From positions 44,330,001 to 44,394,000 of the forward strand of contig NC_042998.1 in NCBI RefSeq assembly GCF_006345805.1: DNA of 64,000 bases, in the 5' to 3' direction. Below, piece after piece: positions 1-12,500 of the stretch (position 1 is the first letter of the stretch; each line of letters begins with the position of its first letter). The notes below the pieces were generated by a model, which worked only from the letters and a program-made list of their open reading frames with translations, was not told where the DNA came from and did no database searches. The position numbers and the translations under genes were made by a program. The DNA is from Octopus sinensis. Lineage: Eukaryota.

Positions 1-229
1 TGTGTGCTCAGACGAAAATGATTTCTAAGTGACTGACGGTGCTGCCCTTTATATTTTTTTCTCCAACTATATTTCTGTGTGTGGGTGTTGTGTGTGTGCT
101 ATGTGTGTGCATGTGTGTGTGTCTAGACGTGTAGGTGGGAGCACAGAAAGAAAGAGCGGCACACACATATAAACACACATACAGACACACACGTATATGT
201 GCATACACACACACACCACACACACACAC

Positions 230-282
<53 letters not shown>

Positions 283-769
283 CTATGTATGCATACATAT
301 AGATAAAAAGTTAGAGAGGAGGACAGAGAGAGATCATAAATGAATAGCTAGATTTCATCTAAATTTGTCCTATATGAATATATTTAGATTAATATTTAAA
401 TGCATTCTTGTTTTCTCAACAATGCTTTTTTACGTGTTTTCTTTTTCCTCTATATTGTTAGTGTTAACGAATCTAACGTTTTTAAAAATTACAATTCTAT
501 TGAGATTTCCTATATTTGATTTTATATAAGCTGGTTAAATCAATTACGTTTTTGTTTTTTTTTTTTTTCTATATTTTAATTCATCCTTGATACCTGGAGA
601 TGTAAGGCTTCTAGCGTTCAGATTGACACAGATGTATTGCTGTGGCTTCCGAATGACAGCATTGTACTTGCAATGAAGAAAAAAATCTATTGTATGTTAT
701 CTAATATTACTAATATTAACTAGTTCGATGTCACGGGGATATCTGAAATGAGAGATTTTTAAAGCTTTG

Positions 770-804
770 CTACTGCTGCAGCAGCAGCAGCTGGAGTAGC
801 AGTT

Positions 805-846
<42 letters not shown>

Positions 847-875
847 ACTGCAGCGGTAGTAGTAGCAGCAGCAGT
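770..875. repeat. (CAG)n/(TAG)n compound microsatellite
   Basis: Direct reading. Confidence 0.95.
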
Positions 876-1159
876 TAGAAAAGAAGTAGTTTTTTTTTAT
901 TGTAGCCGTGACAAGAGAAAGACTATTACTAACCCTGTATCGCATTGACTAGTAATGCGTGGAAAAGTCCCTCTCCGCCTCCTTCTCTATCTCTCTCTTT
1001 CTTCCTCTCTCTCTCTCACCTTTTATGTGTGTGCACGCACGTGTGTGTGTATGTGTGTGTTAAATATTTGTATCACTTAAAAAAAACAGAAGAGATGGAT
1101 GTGTATATACATATATGTATATATATATATATATATACACATACTCACACACAAACACT

Positions 1160-1204
<45 letters not shown>

Positions 1205-2614
1205 TGTGTGTGTGTGTGCTACCTTTCATTTGATGCGACTATATGATTGGTAATCAGTAAAACACGTATAAATATATTTCCATTTGCAGTATCAATAAAG
1301 CCTTCGTTGTTAATAAATTCTAATGTTTTGTATCAGTAAAAGCTATTAGAGTGGTTAGAGCATAATAGTCACCATAGTGTATTGTCAGTTAAACTCGGCG
1401 TAATTGAATCCTCATTGATCAGTAAATAGTCTTAGTAAAATTTGCCCTGCCGGTATTTTGTAATATATTATGATAGTCTAAAGTGGACTTTAACACGTAG
1501 CTAATGGATTATAATGAATGATAAGTATGTTCTGCCGCTTAATAGTGTCTGTTCAATAGTTTTCTTACTGCATGTGTGCGAGCGTGTGTGTATGTATGTT
1601 TGTGTGTGTGTGTGTGTGTATGTGTGTGTGTGTGTCTGTGTGTGTGTGTGTGTGTGTGTTCACTTATACGACTGGCAATTTTGGGATAGTTTTACATAAC
1701 TGTCGACATTTAAAATTTAAAATCCAAATTTTCCAAAATATGATTGTCGTTCATATGTATTTTCGACAATGTTATTCATCAATTAATGTTTTTGTAGACA
1801 TATACTATATGAGTGAACGTATATTTGCCACTTTATCTACTGAACTTTCATACACTCCTTCCCTCGCTCTTTCACTTTCTCTCTCATCCCTCTTCTCTGT
1901 CTGTTTGTTAGAAAACCAACGTTAAAATAGGTGCGATTTGAGTTTCAGCTTCGCTTGCTTCAAACTCTCTAGAGAACAAGCATAACAGGATTGGGTTACG
2001 TAACATGTTAAAACGTTCACACTACGCTTCACATAATTAAACAGCTCTATACTTGACATCTCCGCGTGGGTTCTGAAAACAATGAAAGTTTGTCATATGC
2101 AATATTTCACACAAGAAGCTCCTTCAGATATTTACGATAGGAATGCTCGAACTACGTTAAGCAGCGTCTGCAGACCAATTTCAATTAGGAATTAATAGCT
2201 TACATTTAATAAGTGATTATGTGGTGAGGAATTGTTGCCTAGTAAATATGAATGCCTTCCCATCAAATGAATAGCATGAAAGCTAACGTTAGTTTTCTTT
2301 GCTGCATACTATTGTTTTTAATGCTTGCATATACGAACGTAGAAGCCGAAATCCTTTGATGAAGGGTGGACAGAAAATCATAGAAAAATACAAAAGAGCC
2401 TATTAGAGAAATAGTTTAGACAGTTTATGAATACCACGGAGAAATGGTATGCTTCGATCGCAGTCCCAGATGTTGCAAAACACATTGGTATGAGCCATGA
2501 GGCAGTGTATATGAAATAACAGAGAACTGGTGGTGTAGACAGACGCAAAGAAAAAATAAATCAGAATAAATGTATCCCAGTTAAGTATTATTTTGACCTT
2601 ATTAAGAGAATGTA

Positions 2615-2834
2615 GGAGGAGGTACTGATGATTTCCAGGCTTTGGATCAAAAAAAGAAAATACAGGAGGATCAGGGAATTAGGATTTTATTCAACATATT
2701 CCCCTCTCAGATTCACACACATATTACAGCGATTCTTCAGGTTTTCTAAGCCCGGTAAAAGAACTGCGACTGTTCGGCTTCCAACCAGGACTTTCACGAT
2801 GCCCTTAATGCCAGGAACATTTTAGCACCCTCTT
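2615..2834 (-). mobile_element. MITE-sized mariner deletion derivative with both TIRs and TA TSDs
   Basis: TA|GGAGGAGGTACTGATGATTTCCAGGC...GCCAGGAACATTTTAGCACCCTCTT|TA; minus strand encodes transposase C-terminus GLENLKNRCNMCVNLRGEYVE*. Confidence 0.75.
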
Positions 2835-3568
2835 TAGAGTTCCACAAACAGATAGTACCAAGAACATGTATGCTATTTAAAGACTATATAAAAGATGTGG
2901 CTGGAGTCTATCGAGTCCAAGTATGAAATAGGAGAATGACCAATTATGTTGTCCTTTGACGTTAAGAAAGTGTATAATATGTTATCTAAGGTTAGAGACT
3001 CGGGTAAGAAGGAGATTGCTCGACTAGATCATAGGTGGGATGGAGTTGGGTGTAGGTAGTAATAAATCATATTAGTCTTGGAGGAGTGAGAAGTAAGGAG
3101 AGGTCATAAAATAAATAAAGGATAAAGGAAAAAAAGAAATGATAAATAAATCTAAAGTAATTGTGAAGGGAAAGCATACAAGCCAGTTAGGCATATTGTC
3201 GGGGTGCAGGAGGGGTCAAAGAAACACAGAATTTAGGGAGATTCAGTCAATATTGATTGATCAGTTGGAGGAAGGTACGACGTCAATCAAATAATAGCAT
3301 GTAACATTTATAGAATTGAAGTAGAGTGCTACGTATCTATAAGGATTTTAAAGAAGGATGGTGTTATATAGCGAGTTACCCCTAGTACGGAGTTAGAGGA
3401 AATAGCAGATCGAATATCGAGGAAAGCCAGATGAATGGAGTAGTCTAATGATTAACAATTTGAAATATTGAACGGATGGCAATGATATTAATTAATTAAT
3501 GTGAATCAGGTGAAGCAAATCCAGACAATAGTCGTGGGTAAGAGTTTTGGATAGTATGTTCTACCTTG

Positions 3569-3982
3569 TTTCTTTATTGCCCACAAGGGGCTAAACATAG
3601 AGGGGACAAATAAGGACAGACAAACGGAGTAAGTCAATTACATCGACCCCAGTGCATAACTGGTACTTAATTTATCGACCCCGAAAGGATGAAAGACAAA
3701 GTCGAAATCGGCGGAATTTGAACTCAGAACGTAACAGCATACGAATTACCTATTTCTTTACTACCCACAAGGGACTAAACACAGAGGGGACAAACAAGGA
3801 CAGACAAACGGAGTAAATCGATTACATCGACCCCAGTGCATAACTGGTACTTAATTTATCGACCCCGAAAGGATGAAAGGCAAAGTCGACCTCGGCGGAA
3901 TTTGAACTCAGAACGGAGCGGCATACGAAATACCACTAAGCCTTTCGCCCGGCGTGCTAACGTTTCTGCTAGTTCGCCGCCT
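3569..3982 (-). mobile_element. tRNA-derived SINE family A, two-unit form
   Basis: Head GGCGGCGAACTAGCAGAAACGTTAGC, B box GAGTTCAAATTCC; ~185-bp body present twice. Confidence 0.85.
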
Positions 3983-4377
3983 GTGTTCTATCTATTATTT
4001 AACATGTGCTGCTCAAAAAATTCTAACTTGGTGTAAGGAATGCATACCTAAAAGAAATGGAAAAGAATTGGATAGGGTGTGCAGGCTGTTATTTGTGGGT
4101 TAAGTATCACTGCTATCGCTATTGCATAATACCGGGTACACCACAGGCAGAGCATACCATGTAAGTATAGTAAGAGCGATTAAAAGGTATTGGTAAGGGA
4201 AGACGAGGCTAGGAGGACTCAGAAAAAAATAGGTAGATCGATCAGCTAAAGAGTCAGTGAAAGAGGGAGTGCATTAGATTGGACCTATTTTGGGGCTATT
4301 ACAGAGGATTTTTTTTAAAATACATTAGTTATATTATTTACATTCGACGGATACTTGTCCTCATCTTGCGTGTTGTT

Positions 4378-4423
4378 AACACAACGTTTCGGCTGATATA
4401 CCCTCCAGCCTTCTGCAGATGTC
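4378..4423 (-). ncRNA. Minimal type-I hammerhead-like motif, degenerate (A6>C)
   Basis: GACAT-CTGCAGA-A-GGCTG-loop-CAGCC-GAAACGTT-GTGTT: stems I and II pair, one core change. Confidence 0.55.
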
Positions 4424-4475
4424 TTGGGGAAATTTCGAACCTGGGTTCTCATTGCGAAGGTATTTTTCGATGTTG

Positions 4476-4507
<32 letters not shown>

Positions 4508-4530
4508 TATTATTATTATTATTATTATTA

Positions 4531-4566
<36 letters not shown>

Positions 4567-4599
4567 TATTATTATTATTATTGTTGTTGTTGTCATTGT

Positions 4600-4631
<32 letters not shown>

Positions 4632-4640
4632 CTGTTTTTG

Positions 4641-4712
4641 TTCAGGTCACTGCTTGGAATTGAATTCGGAATATTGGGGTTAGTAGCCCGCGCTCTTAAC
4701 CATTACGCCATA
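4641..4712 (-). promoter_or_regulatory. tRNA-derived Pol III internal promoter (SINE head, not a functional tRNA)
   Basis: Minus strand TGGCGTAATGGTTAAGAGC (A box), GGG-CTACTAA-CCC anticodon-like arm, GAATTCAATTCC (degenerate B box); acceptor stem does not close. Confidence 0.65.
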
Positions 4713-4783
4713 TGTCCACGGAAAATACCTTGGAATGAGAACTCAGGTTTGAAATTTCCCCTAGACACCTGAAGAAGCCTGGA

Positions 4784-5359
4784 GTTCCAAACAGGCGACG
4801 TCATTGCTGTTGGTGTTTAAAGAGAAATCTTAAAAGTTTTTACTTATGTGGGATCGAGTACAGAAATTCAGTCGTCGGTGATTCCCAATACATAAAAAAA
4901 AATCATTTAGCAAATTGTTTATTGTGGGCTTTGGTGAAGCAGAGACGGTAAGAATGACAATAGGAAGAAAAGGTCATTGCATCAGGCGCGTTTTAACAGA
5001 AGTACAACACTTTGTAATGCAAGGAAGATGTTAGTGCAGTGCGCTTTTGGTAAGAGAATCTTATCTAGATGGTCATAATGTGGATACTTTGTGAAACGTT
5101 TGTGTATGTAGGACATGTATTATCAACGAATGTAGAGCTTACTGGGGCTGAGTAGATTAGTGGTTCTCAACACTTGGTTAGGATCGAAATTCAGTTTCAG
5201 TATGATTTTTTTTAGGGTTATGAACATAAAATCTTTTGCATTTCAAAGGTTTCATAACGTAAAGGGCTATAACGTAAAGGTTTTGCAAACTGAAGAATAA
5301 AATTGAAGAAATATTTCCTCAAGGGAAGTATGAAAGTGAAGAATAAAAAGGAAGGAATA
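4784..5359 (+). repeat. Inverted copy of 7624-8199 (576 bp)
   Basis: Reverse complement of 7624-8199; about 3 substitutions seen by eye. Confidence 0.95.
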
Positions 5360-5634
5360 ATGACTTCGTACGTCATGTTAATTAATAAGTGCTGCAAGAT
5401 ATATATATTATTATATCTATTTTGTTTGAAGAATTAAGAACGCTTTATCTGTTCTCTAAATACGAAGCGCTATATATGAAGTTCACTTACAGTCGCTTCT
5501 TATTCACAGGATATTGACTTCTCAGTAATATAAAATGAATAAAATCATATACAAATTTGTAAAAATATATACATATATATACTTTTTACATGCATTCATT
5601 CTCAAGTAATAATCGTTTCATTATTGCCTAACCA
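5359..5634 (+). repeat. Direct copy of 6441-6722 (~275 bp)
   Basis: aatgacttcgtacgtcatg...attgcctaacca at both sites, with several substitutions and TA-length differences. Confidence 0.95.
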
Positions 5635-7319
5635 AAGTGTTGTATATCAGCAGAAACGTTGTGTTAACAACAAACAAGATGAGGACAAATATCCGTCGAA
5701 TGTAAATAATGTAAATAATGTACATAATTCCTCATCTCTTAAACATAGAACTGTAGGTTTTTTAATGTCTTTAACGTATTCAAGCGTGTGGGTACCTATA
5801 TGTATACATGAAAGACGAAAGTCTAGTTTATTATTTAGTGGATTTTCACTATTTGACCCCCTTAAAATTTCTTACAGCTTCGTGCAGCAAAGTCTGCATC
5901 CGTATCTCAGTTTACTTACGGTTTAGCGACCCTAATGATGTTGCGACTCAAATCGAATTTAACATTGTCGTCCTTGAACTCCCAAATCTTCGTGGCTAGA
6001 GACGTTCTGTCAGTCTTGTGTCTTAATTTAAAAGATGAATTGTGGTTCTGGTGATTACGGTCTTTTGATATGGAGTAATGTTCTCATTCTTCTACCCAAA
6101 AGTTACGTAAGAAACAGTTGTAATGAGCTGACAATTATGCATCGTATGTAATTATTCATTTAATTATATGTGGGTGTGTGTCTGTGTGTGTGTATATATA
6201 TGTATGTATATATATATACACACACAAATACACACTCACACACACACGCATATATATATATATATATATATATCCATAAGTATAGTCATGTCCACATACG
6301 CACACAAACAGATACAGACACAGCTGCTTTTTTGGTGAAAGTAGTTCTAGGTGCTTCGTCATTTATTACAAATTCTGTTACTGTATATAGCTTTTTAATT
6401 AGAAATTATATAAAAATAAAGTAGTTGAATTACTGTGCTAAATGACTTCGTACGTCATGTTAATTAATAAGTGCTGCAAGATATATATGTACTATTATAT
6501 CTATTTTGTTTGAAGAATTAAGAACACATTATCTGTTCTCTAAATACGAAGCGCTATATATGAAGTTCACTTACAGTCGCCTCTTATTCACAGGTTATTG
6601 ACTTCTCAGTAATATAAAATGAATAGAATCATATACAAATTTGTAAAAATATATACATATATATATATACTTTTTACATGCATTCATTCTCAAGTAATAA
6701 TCGTTTCATTATTGCCTAACCACAGCAACTGACATCACTCACAGGCAAACAAGCACTAAAATGTGTCTAGTACTATACTTCACATAAATAGCTTCCTCTT
6801 TTCTTCTAATTTCTATATTGCCAACTTAGAAGTAAATTTACATCAGGTATAGCAAATGATAGCTTCGTACATCAAATTTCCCCGCACCTTCACATAACGT
6901 CTACCACCTGACAAAAGATCTCCAACCCATTTTTCTTCCCTATTGCGGAACCGACAAATACTGCCTGCAATACTTGAATGAAGTCGCTGACCATTTCTAA
7001 TAGGGACAGTTGGAAAGGAGCTGCCATCGAAAGTGAAACAAAGTTATCGTTTGGAGAGTAAAGCATGTCTTCATAGTCTTATTCTTGACGTCAACTACCT
7101 CAGTGAAAATGCAAAGTAGAGAAATTACATGACTTTTCCATTATGATATCATCTTCGTTCATTTCTCTTTAACCTTTGGCACCCAGATTAATTTACAACC
7201 TTTCAGTAAAGTCGACACTGAAGAAATAATGCAGCTCATGACAGCCTAATTCTTCAACAATGCAACAGTTATTACGCATTAAGAAAGCAATAATCGTGAC
7301 TCTTTCTCTTCTCTTCTCC

Positions 7320-7361
<42 letters not shown>

Positions 7362-8035
7362 CTATATATCTATCTATCTATCTATCTCTTCCCTTTCTTT
7401 CTCTCACATTGAGCAACGCAATAACATCACAAATAAAACCTTCAAATCTGCTTTTTATGATATATCTCACAACAACTGGCGACTTTTTTTATAATAAACT
7501 CACATTTTAGCCCACTAAATAGGATTTTCAACATTTTACCATCGTAAACAATTTCCACAAATCAATAATCACCCACAACCATTTTTCTAAACAGGTACCA
7601 CTTTGATACTTCCCTTGAGGAAATATTCCTTCCTTTTTATTCTTCACTTTCATACTTCCCTTGAGGAAATATTTCTTCAATTTTATTCTTCAGTTTGCAA
7701 AACCTTTACGTTATAGCCCTTTACGTTATGAAACCTTTGAAATGCAAAAGATTTTATGTTCATAACCCTAAAAAAAATCATACTGAAACTGAATTTCGAT
7801 CCTAACCAAGTGTTGAGAACCACTAATCTACTCAGCCCCAGTAAGCTCTACATTCGTTGATAATACATGTCCTACATACACAAACGTTTCACAAAGTATC
7901 CACATTATGACCATCTAGATAAGATTCTCTTACCAAAAGCGCACTGCACTAACATCTTCCTTGCATTACAAAGTGTTGTACCTCTGTTAAAACACGCCTG
8001 ATGCAATGACCTTTTCTTCCTATTGTCATTCTTAC

Positions 8036-8244
8036 CGTCTCTGCTTCACCAAAGCCCACAATAAACAATTTGCTAAATGATTTTTTTTTATGTATTGGGA
8101 ATCACCGACGACTGTATTTCTGTACTCGATCCCACATAAGTAAAAACTTTTAAGATTTCTCTTTAAACACCAACAGCAATGACGTCGCCTGTTTGGAACG
8201 GTTTGATTGTCATAGATGTCATCTTCCGACAACTCAATCAAAAT
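8036..8244 (-). CDS. Candidate minus-strand exon (ILIELSEDDIYDNQTVPNRRRHCCWCLKRNLK...LVKQR), unverified
   Basis: Pyrimidine-rich acceptor ..tatatattcAG, donor ACG|GTAAGA, one frame open over 209 nt. No family recognised; opposite strand to the better-supported exon. Confidence 0.2.
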
Positions 8245-9259
8245 CTGAATATATATACGTAAAATAGATAAATAAATAGAATTGAATAGCTTAAAATAGA
8301 AAAACATTGCTTTAAAAATAGAAATAACAGGTAATATTGTCGGTCTAGTATATTGGCATGCATCTATAGATATTTGTCTATCAGAAAATGCAGACGTTTG
8401 TATTTGCGTTTCACAAATACACATTGTATTATCGCCTGACATTTTGGAGTGAAGAGATCACGCATCAAACATAAGTAGTGAATGATCTGCCTACACTTAA
8501 CGTGAAATCCTAAGATTGATAAGTTAAATTACGATAAAATTTTATAGATATAGAAAGCAATATAATGTTCTGTAATAAAAGTGAGGAATATGAAATTTAC
8601 CGCAACATTCAAGGAATAGTTGGAAATCTCAGATAGAGAGAGCCAACAACACAACTGAATTTTACAACGGTATAGCACCGTGCTCTTGACTAAATCACTT
8701 ATCATTCAAAAGCTCGAATTAATTAGCTATCATATATAAAATTTTTACATACATTTGTTAATTCTGGAAGGTTGGATTGGGAGTTTAAATAGAGCTTTTG
8801 ACAATGAATCCATATTATAACACAGATGTAGTCGATAAAAGCATTATTATGTAGATAACTCGTTAATACAAGCGAATTCCCATGCTAATTTGATGCAAAA
8901 ACTTGAAACTAGATTAAGTGAATTTTTAGTAGCCTACATTTACTCTTCGTTCTTTGCCTTAATTACGTCTAATATGAATTGGATGGGTGATGGGCAGCTG
9001 TCAAATGGAAGAAACACCAGAGTAGCAGACAAAATATTTTGCAGTGGTTACTCCTGTAATATGTGGTCAAATTTTAAAATCCTACTAATATTGACTCTGC
9101 TTTTCGTGTCTCCAGTACTCATAAAATAACACCAATGATTCGAATTCATTTGAATTTGATTCTTTGTGTCAAAGTTTTTAATTAATATTTATCGTATACG
9201 AGCCATGCATCTACAATATATTTGTTCGTGCATTTCTATTATATAGTACTTGTTTTCAC

Positions 9260-9263
<4 letters not shown>

Positions 9264-9314
<51 letters not shown>

Positions 9315-9318
9315 TAAC

Positions 9319-9403
<85 letters not shown>

Positions 9404-9482
9404 GTGTTGGTGGTGGTGACGATGATGATGATGATGATAATAATAATAATAATAATAATAATTATTATTATTATTATTATTA

Positions 9483-9513
<31 letters not shown>

Positions 9514-9530
9514 TTATTATTATTATTATA
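9264..9530. repeat. (AAT)n(GAT)n(AAT)n(ATT)n compound microsatellite
   Basis: Direct reading. Confidence 0.95.
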
Positions 9531-12500
9531 AACGTTGTGTTTCTGTCGAGAATAATTCCTGAGTCACTTTATTTTATTGTACTTTGATAATAATTAAACG
9601 TACATTTATATATTTAGTAGCGGAACCGAAATATATGTTTATTCGAATTTGTATTTGCTGCCATATTCCTATGAGTTATTCATATCATATCTCACATATT
9701 TATATGAGTTAGCATACATATATGTAAACCTACACATTACACATAAAAGCATATTAGATTTACTTATTTCTAAATTTCTATGAGTTAATATTTTTTTCTG
9801 AAACTTTCAAAAGTCATAAATTATTTAACGATAAGTGTTGTCAAAAGTATTTAGCCCTTTTCCTTACAATAGTGGTATGAAAGACAAATTCGAAGTCGAA
9901 CACAGTTTAAGTAAGATGTTAAATATACGACGTTACATAATGAGAGGTATTCATCTATAATTCAGTAAGATAAATATTGATATTTTCATATGATATTTAA
10001 CATAATTTATGTAAAATCTGAAAATGTATGTATATATGTGTATATCTGTATGTATATTTTAGAGGCAATCTTTTTTATATATGTCGCCAGAGACTCGGAA
10101 AATATACTTTGTGTTTTTTCTTCCTACTCTTTACATTCTGAGGTCAAATCCTGCCAGGCTCATCTTCGTCTTTCATCCTTTTGAGGTTGATACCATTAAG
10201 GATCAGTCAAGTACTAAGATCAATAGTATCAATATATCCCCTTCTGAAATTTACTGGCTTTGTAATTTAATAGCAAATTTGATATGGTGACAGGTTCTTC
10301 GATAGAAACGTTGGAGAAAATATCTTACAGAATTTGTTGGAAGTCTTTATGCTCTGATTTCAAATCCTGCCTAGAGATCTGAAACAATTTTCTACCAAAT
10401 AAAATATCAGTCAAGTACTCGAGTTGATGATATCGACTATGCTCTCCCCTCATAACTCCTGATTTTTACCTAAATTCTTGATATATGATGCTCAATGTAT
10501 TCATATATAAAATAAATATAAGGATCGCGTGCGTTTTAAAGACTGTCATCAGATTTTGGCTGCATCACTCGGTATATCTTTCAGAACTCACTAAGAAAGA
10601 ATTCTAGTGATCTCACTGGGGCAGGAGTGTCTGAGAAGCCTTCAGAACAAAGCTATTTAAAAGAAAATTAACTGAAACTGAAACCACGTCAATCGAATAG
10701 ATTCTAAATAGTATAACTCATATATACTTCAGGATTCTCAAAAAGTGCGTGATATTTTGAAACAACTCCGAAAGCAAGTTCTTGTGACTGTAAAAGTCGG
10801 TAGGGCAACACTAAACGTTTCGATATATTCATTGTTCATATAACACAGGAGCATGGTTGATATCATGACTGCAGGAAGGGAAGCAAGTTATGAAGAGTGG
10901 GAGCATGAGATCAATGTATTTGGATATGATCTCTGTGATTTAATTGGAAAATAAGACGATTGTCAGATTTGTGTGTTTGGAGCGTGGACAATAATGTTAA
11001 AGTCAATGGAAGACACAAGTTACTGATGTTAAGCGTGGGTTCAGATGGTGAAGAGTTAAAAGGTGGGGTTGTGAAGATGCTGGAAGGCTCAGCCTAATAC
11101 AGGTCAGGGCACAAAACGGTGACTGCTTGGCAATTGACTTTGAGATGAGATTATCTAATGTTGGAGTATGCAGAGTACAACGATTTCAGACTGAGTGGTG
11201 TTAAGTTTTCTGAGAGAGCCTCCAGATGTTAAAGTGGACGAAAAACTAGTCGATGCACCGACCTAACATAGGGAAAACGCCCAGTAATTATTGAATACCG
11301 TTTTTTGGGTGATTATTTTACTATTTTCTATTGATTCACCTGCAAAACAGCAGAAAAATTCAAGAAAGACCAGGCATCCAAATGAACATTTAGACAAACA
11401 TTAAATCTCAGTTATATACACCCTGAAGTTTGGTGAGTTCCTCGCATGTGCATTGCATTATACTGCGCGGAAGAAGACTCAAGATTTTTTTATTCGAATT
11501 ATTTCCCTTGATCCAATGCTAACTGATACAATTTTGCTGTTTTTACGATGACATTTAGTGTTATAAAACTCAAGTAGTTGAAACGGTGATCTCAAGGAGA
11601 AAGTCAATGTTCTATGAAGTTTAAAGTTTCACCGCTACAGTAAATTTTATGCAAAGGTGTTCCTGGCTAAAAGGTAATTCAATTTATTCTGCTTACATAT
11701 ATCTAGGATGCTGATAATGTAATATGCCAAATTTTAATAAATATTTATGAACGTGTCGACATTTTCACCAATATATAAAATTTCCAGTAACCTACATCAC
11801 AACTATGCCACTTATATTTAGACACGAGACAAGTTTATGTAAAGGGTGCTTTGAAACAAGTAAACCTTATAGTAACTGTTTTTAACAGCGACAGAAATGT
11901 ATGCTTACTAGAACTAGAACATTCCTATACGATTCAATTATCAAATCAATGAAAAAGAACGTACTAATTCTATATTGTACTGGTTCTACTCTTTCAACTG
12001 TATCAGTATTGAGGCACTTAAGGGAGGGATTTTATTCGATTATCTCAATCTCATTACTTTATCGCGAACTTATTTTATCATCATCAGCATGAGAAAGAAA
12101 TGTGAGGTCACGATGAGTAGGATTTGAACTAAGAACGAAAAGGAACCTAAACGAGATATGACGAAGCGTTTCATTGGACACCCGCCAAAATTTGCCGCCT
12201 TTGAATGAACATTATTTAAAATTATCCCTACAAATACTTTAATTGGTTGCTCATTAATGATCTCAAGTGCAAAGATGCATTTTTGTTCAAATTACGGCAT
12301 AAAGATCCAATCCCAATTAAGATAGATTTATCAAAGCAATTTCTTGATAATAAAGACAGAAAACTCAGCCTTCGAATTTTTCAAACCAAAGAAGAAAAAT
12401 ACATAGAATGGCAAGGAATATAACTACATTGGAAAATAAATCATCTACTATAAATCATTTGTTGTTATAAGCACATTCAATTATCGGTTATGATTAAATC

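Larger units (their letters stand above)
4764..5665 (+). ncRNA. Hammerhead-like motif of the right arm, split in loop II by an insertion
   Basis: GACAC-CTGAAGA-A-GCCTG-GA [4784-5641 insert] GTATAT-CAGCA-GAAACGTT-GTGTT. Confidence 0.5.
4321..5725 (-). mobile_element. Fold-back element: tRNA-like head + microsatellite + inverted PLE-like arms with hammerhead motifs, interrupted by a templated insertion
   Basis: Left arm 4321-4468 is the reverse complement of right arm 4711-4783 plus 5642-5725. tRNA-like head on minus strand at 4641-4712; (TAT)n/(TGT)n at 4470-4635. Confidence 0.75.

Noticed and set aside
4641-4712. tRNA gene (ACT anticodon-like loop)
   Set aside because: No closed acceptor stem and embedded in a repeat; it is a SINE head. 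The other tRNA-like segments are also SINE heads.
594-11340. Further minus-strand acceptor-like sites (~666, ~2072, ~9047, ~11340) followed by short open frames, suggesting alternative terminal exons
   Set aside because: T-rich CAG sites are common in AT-rich DNA; no consistent frame, partner exon or recognisable peptide.
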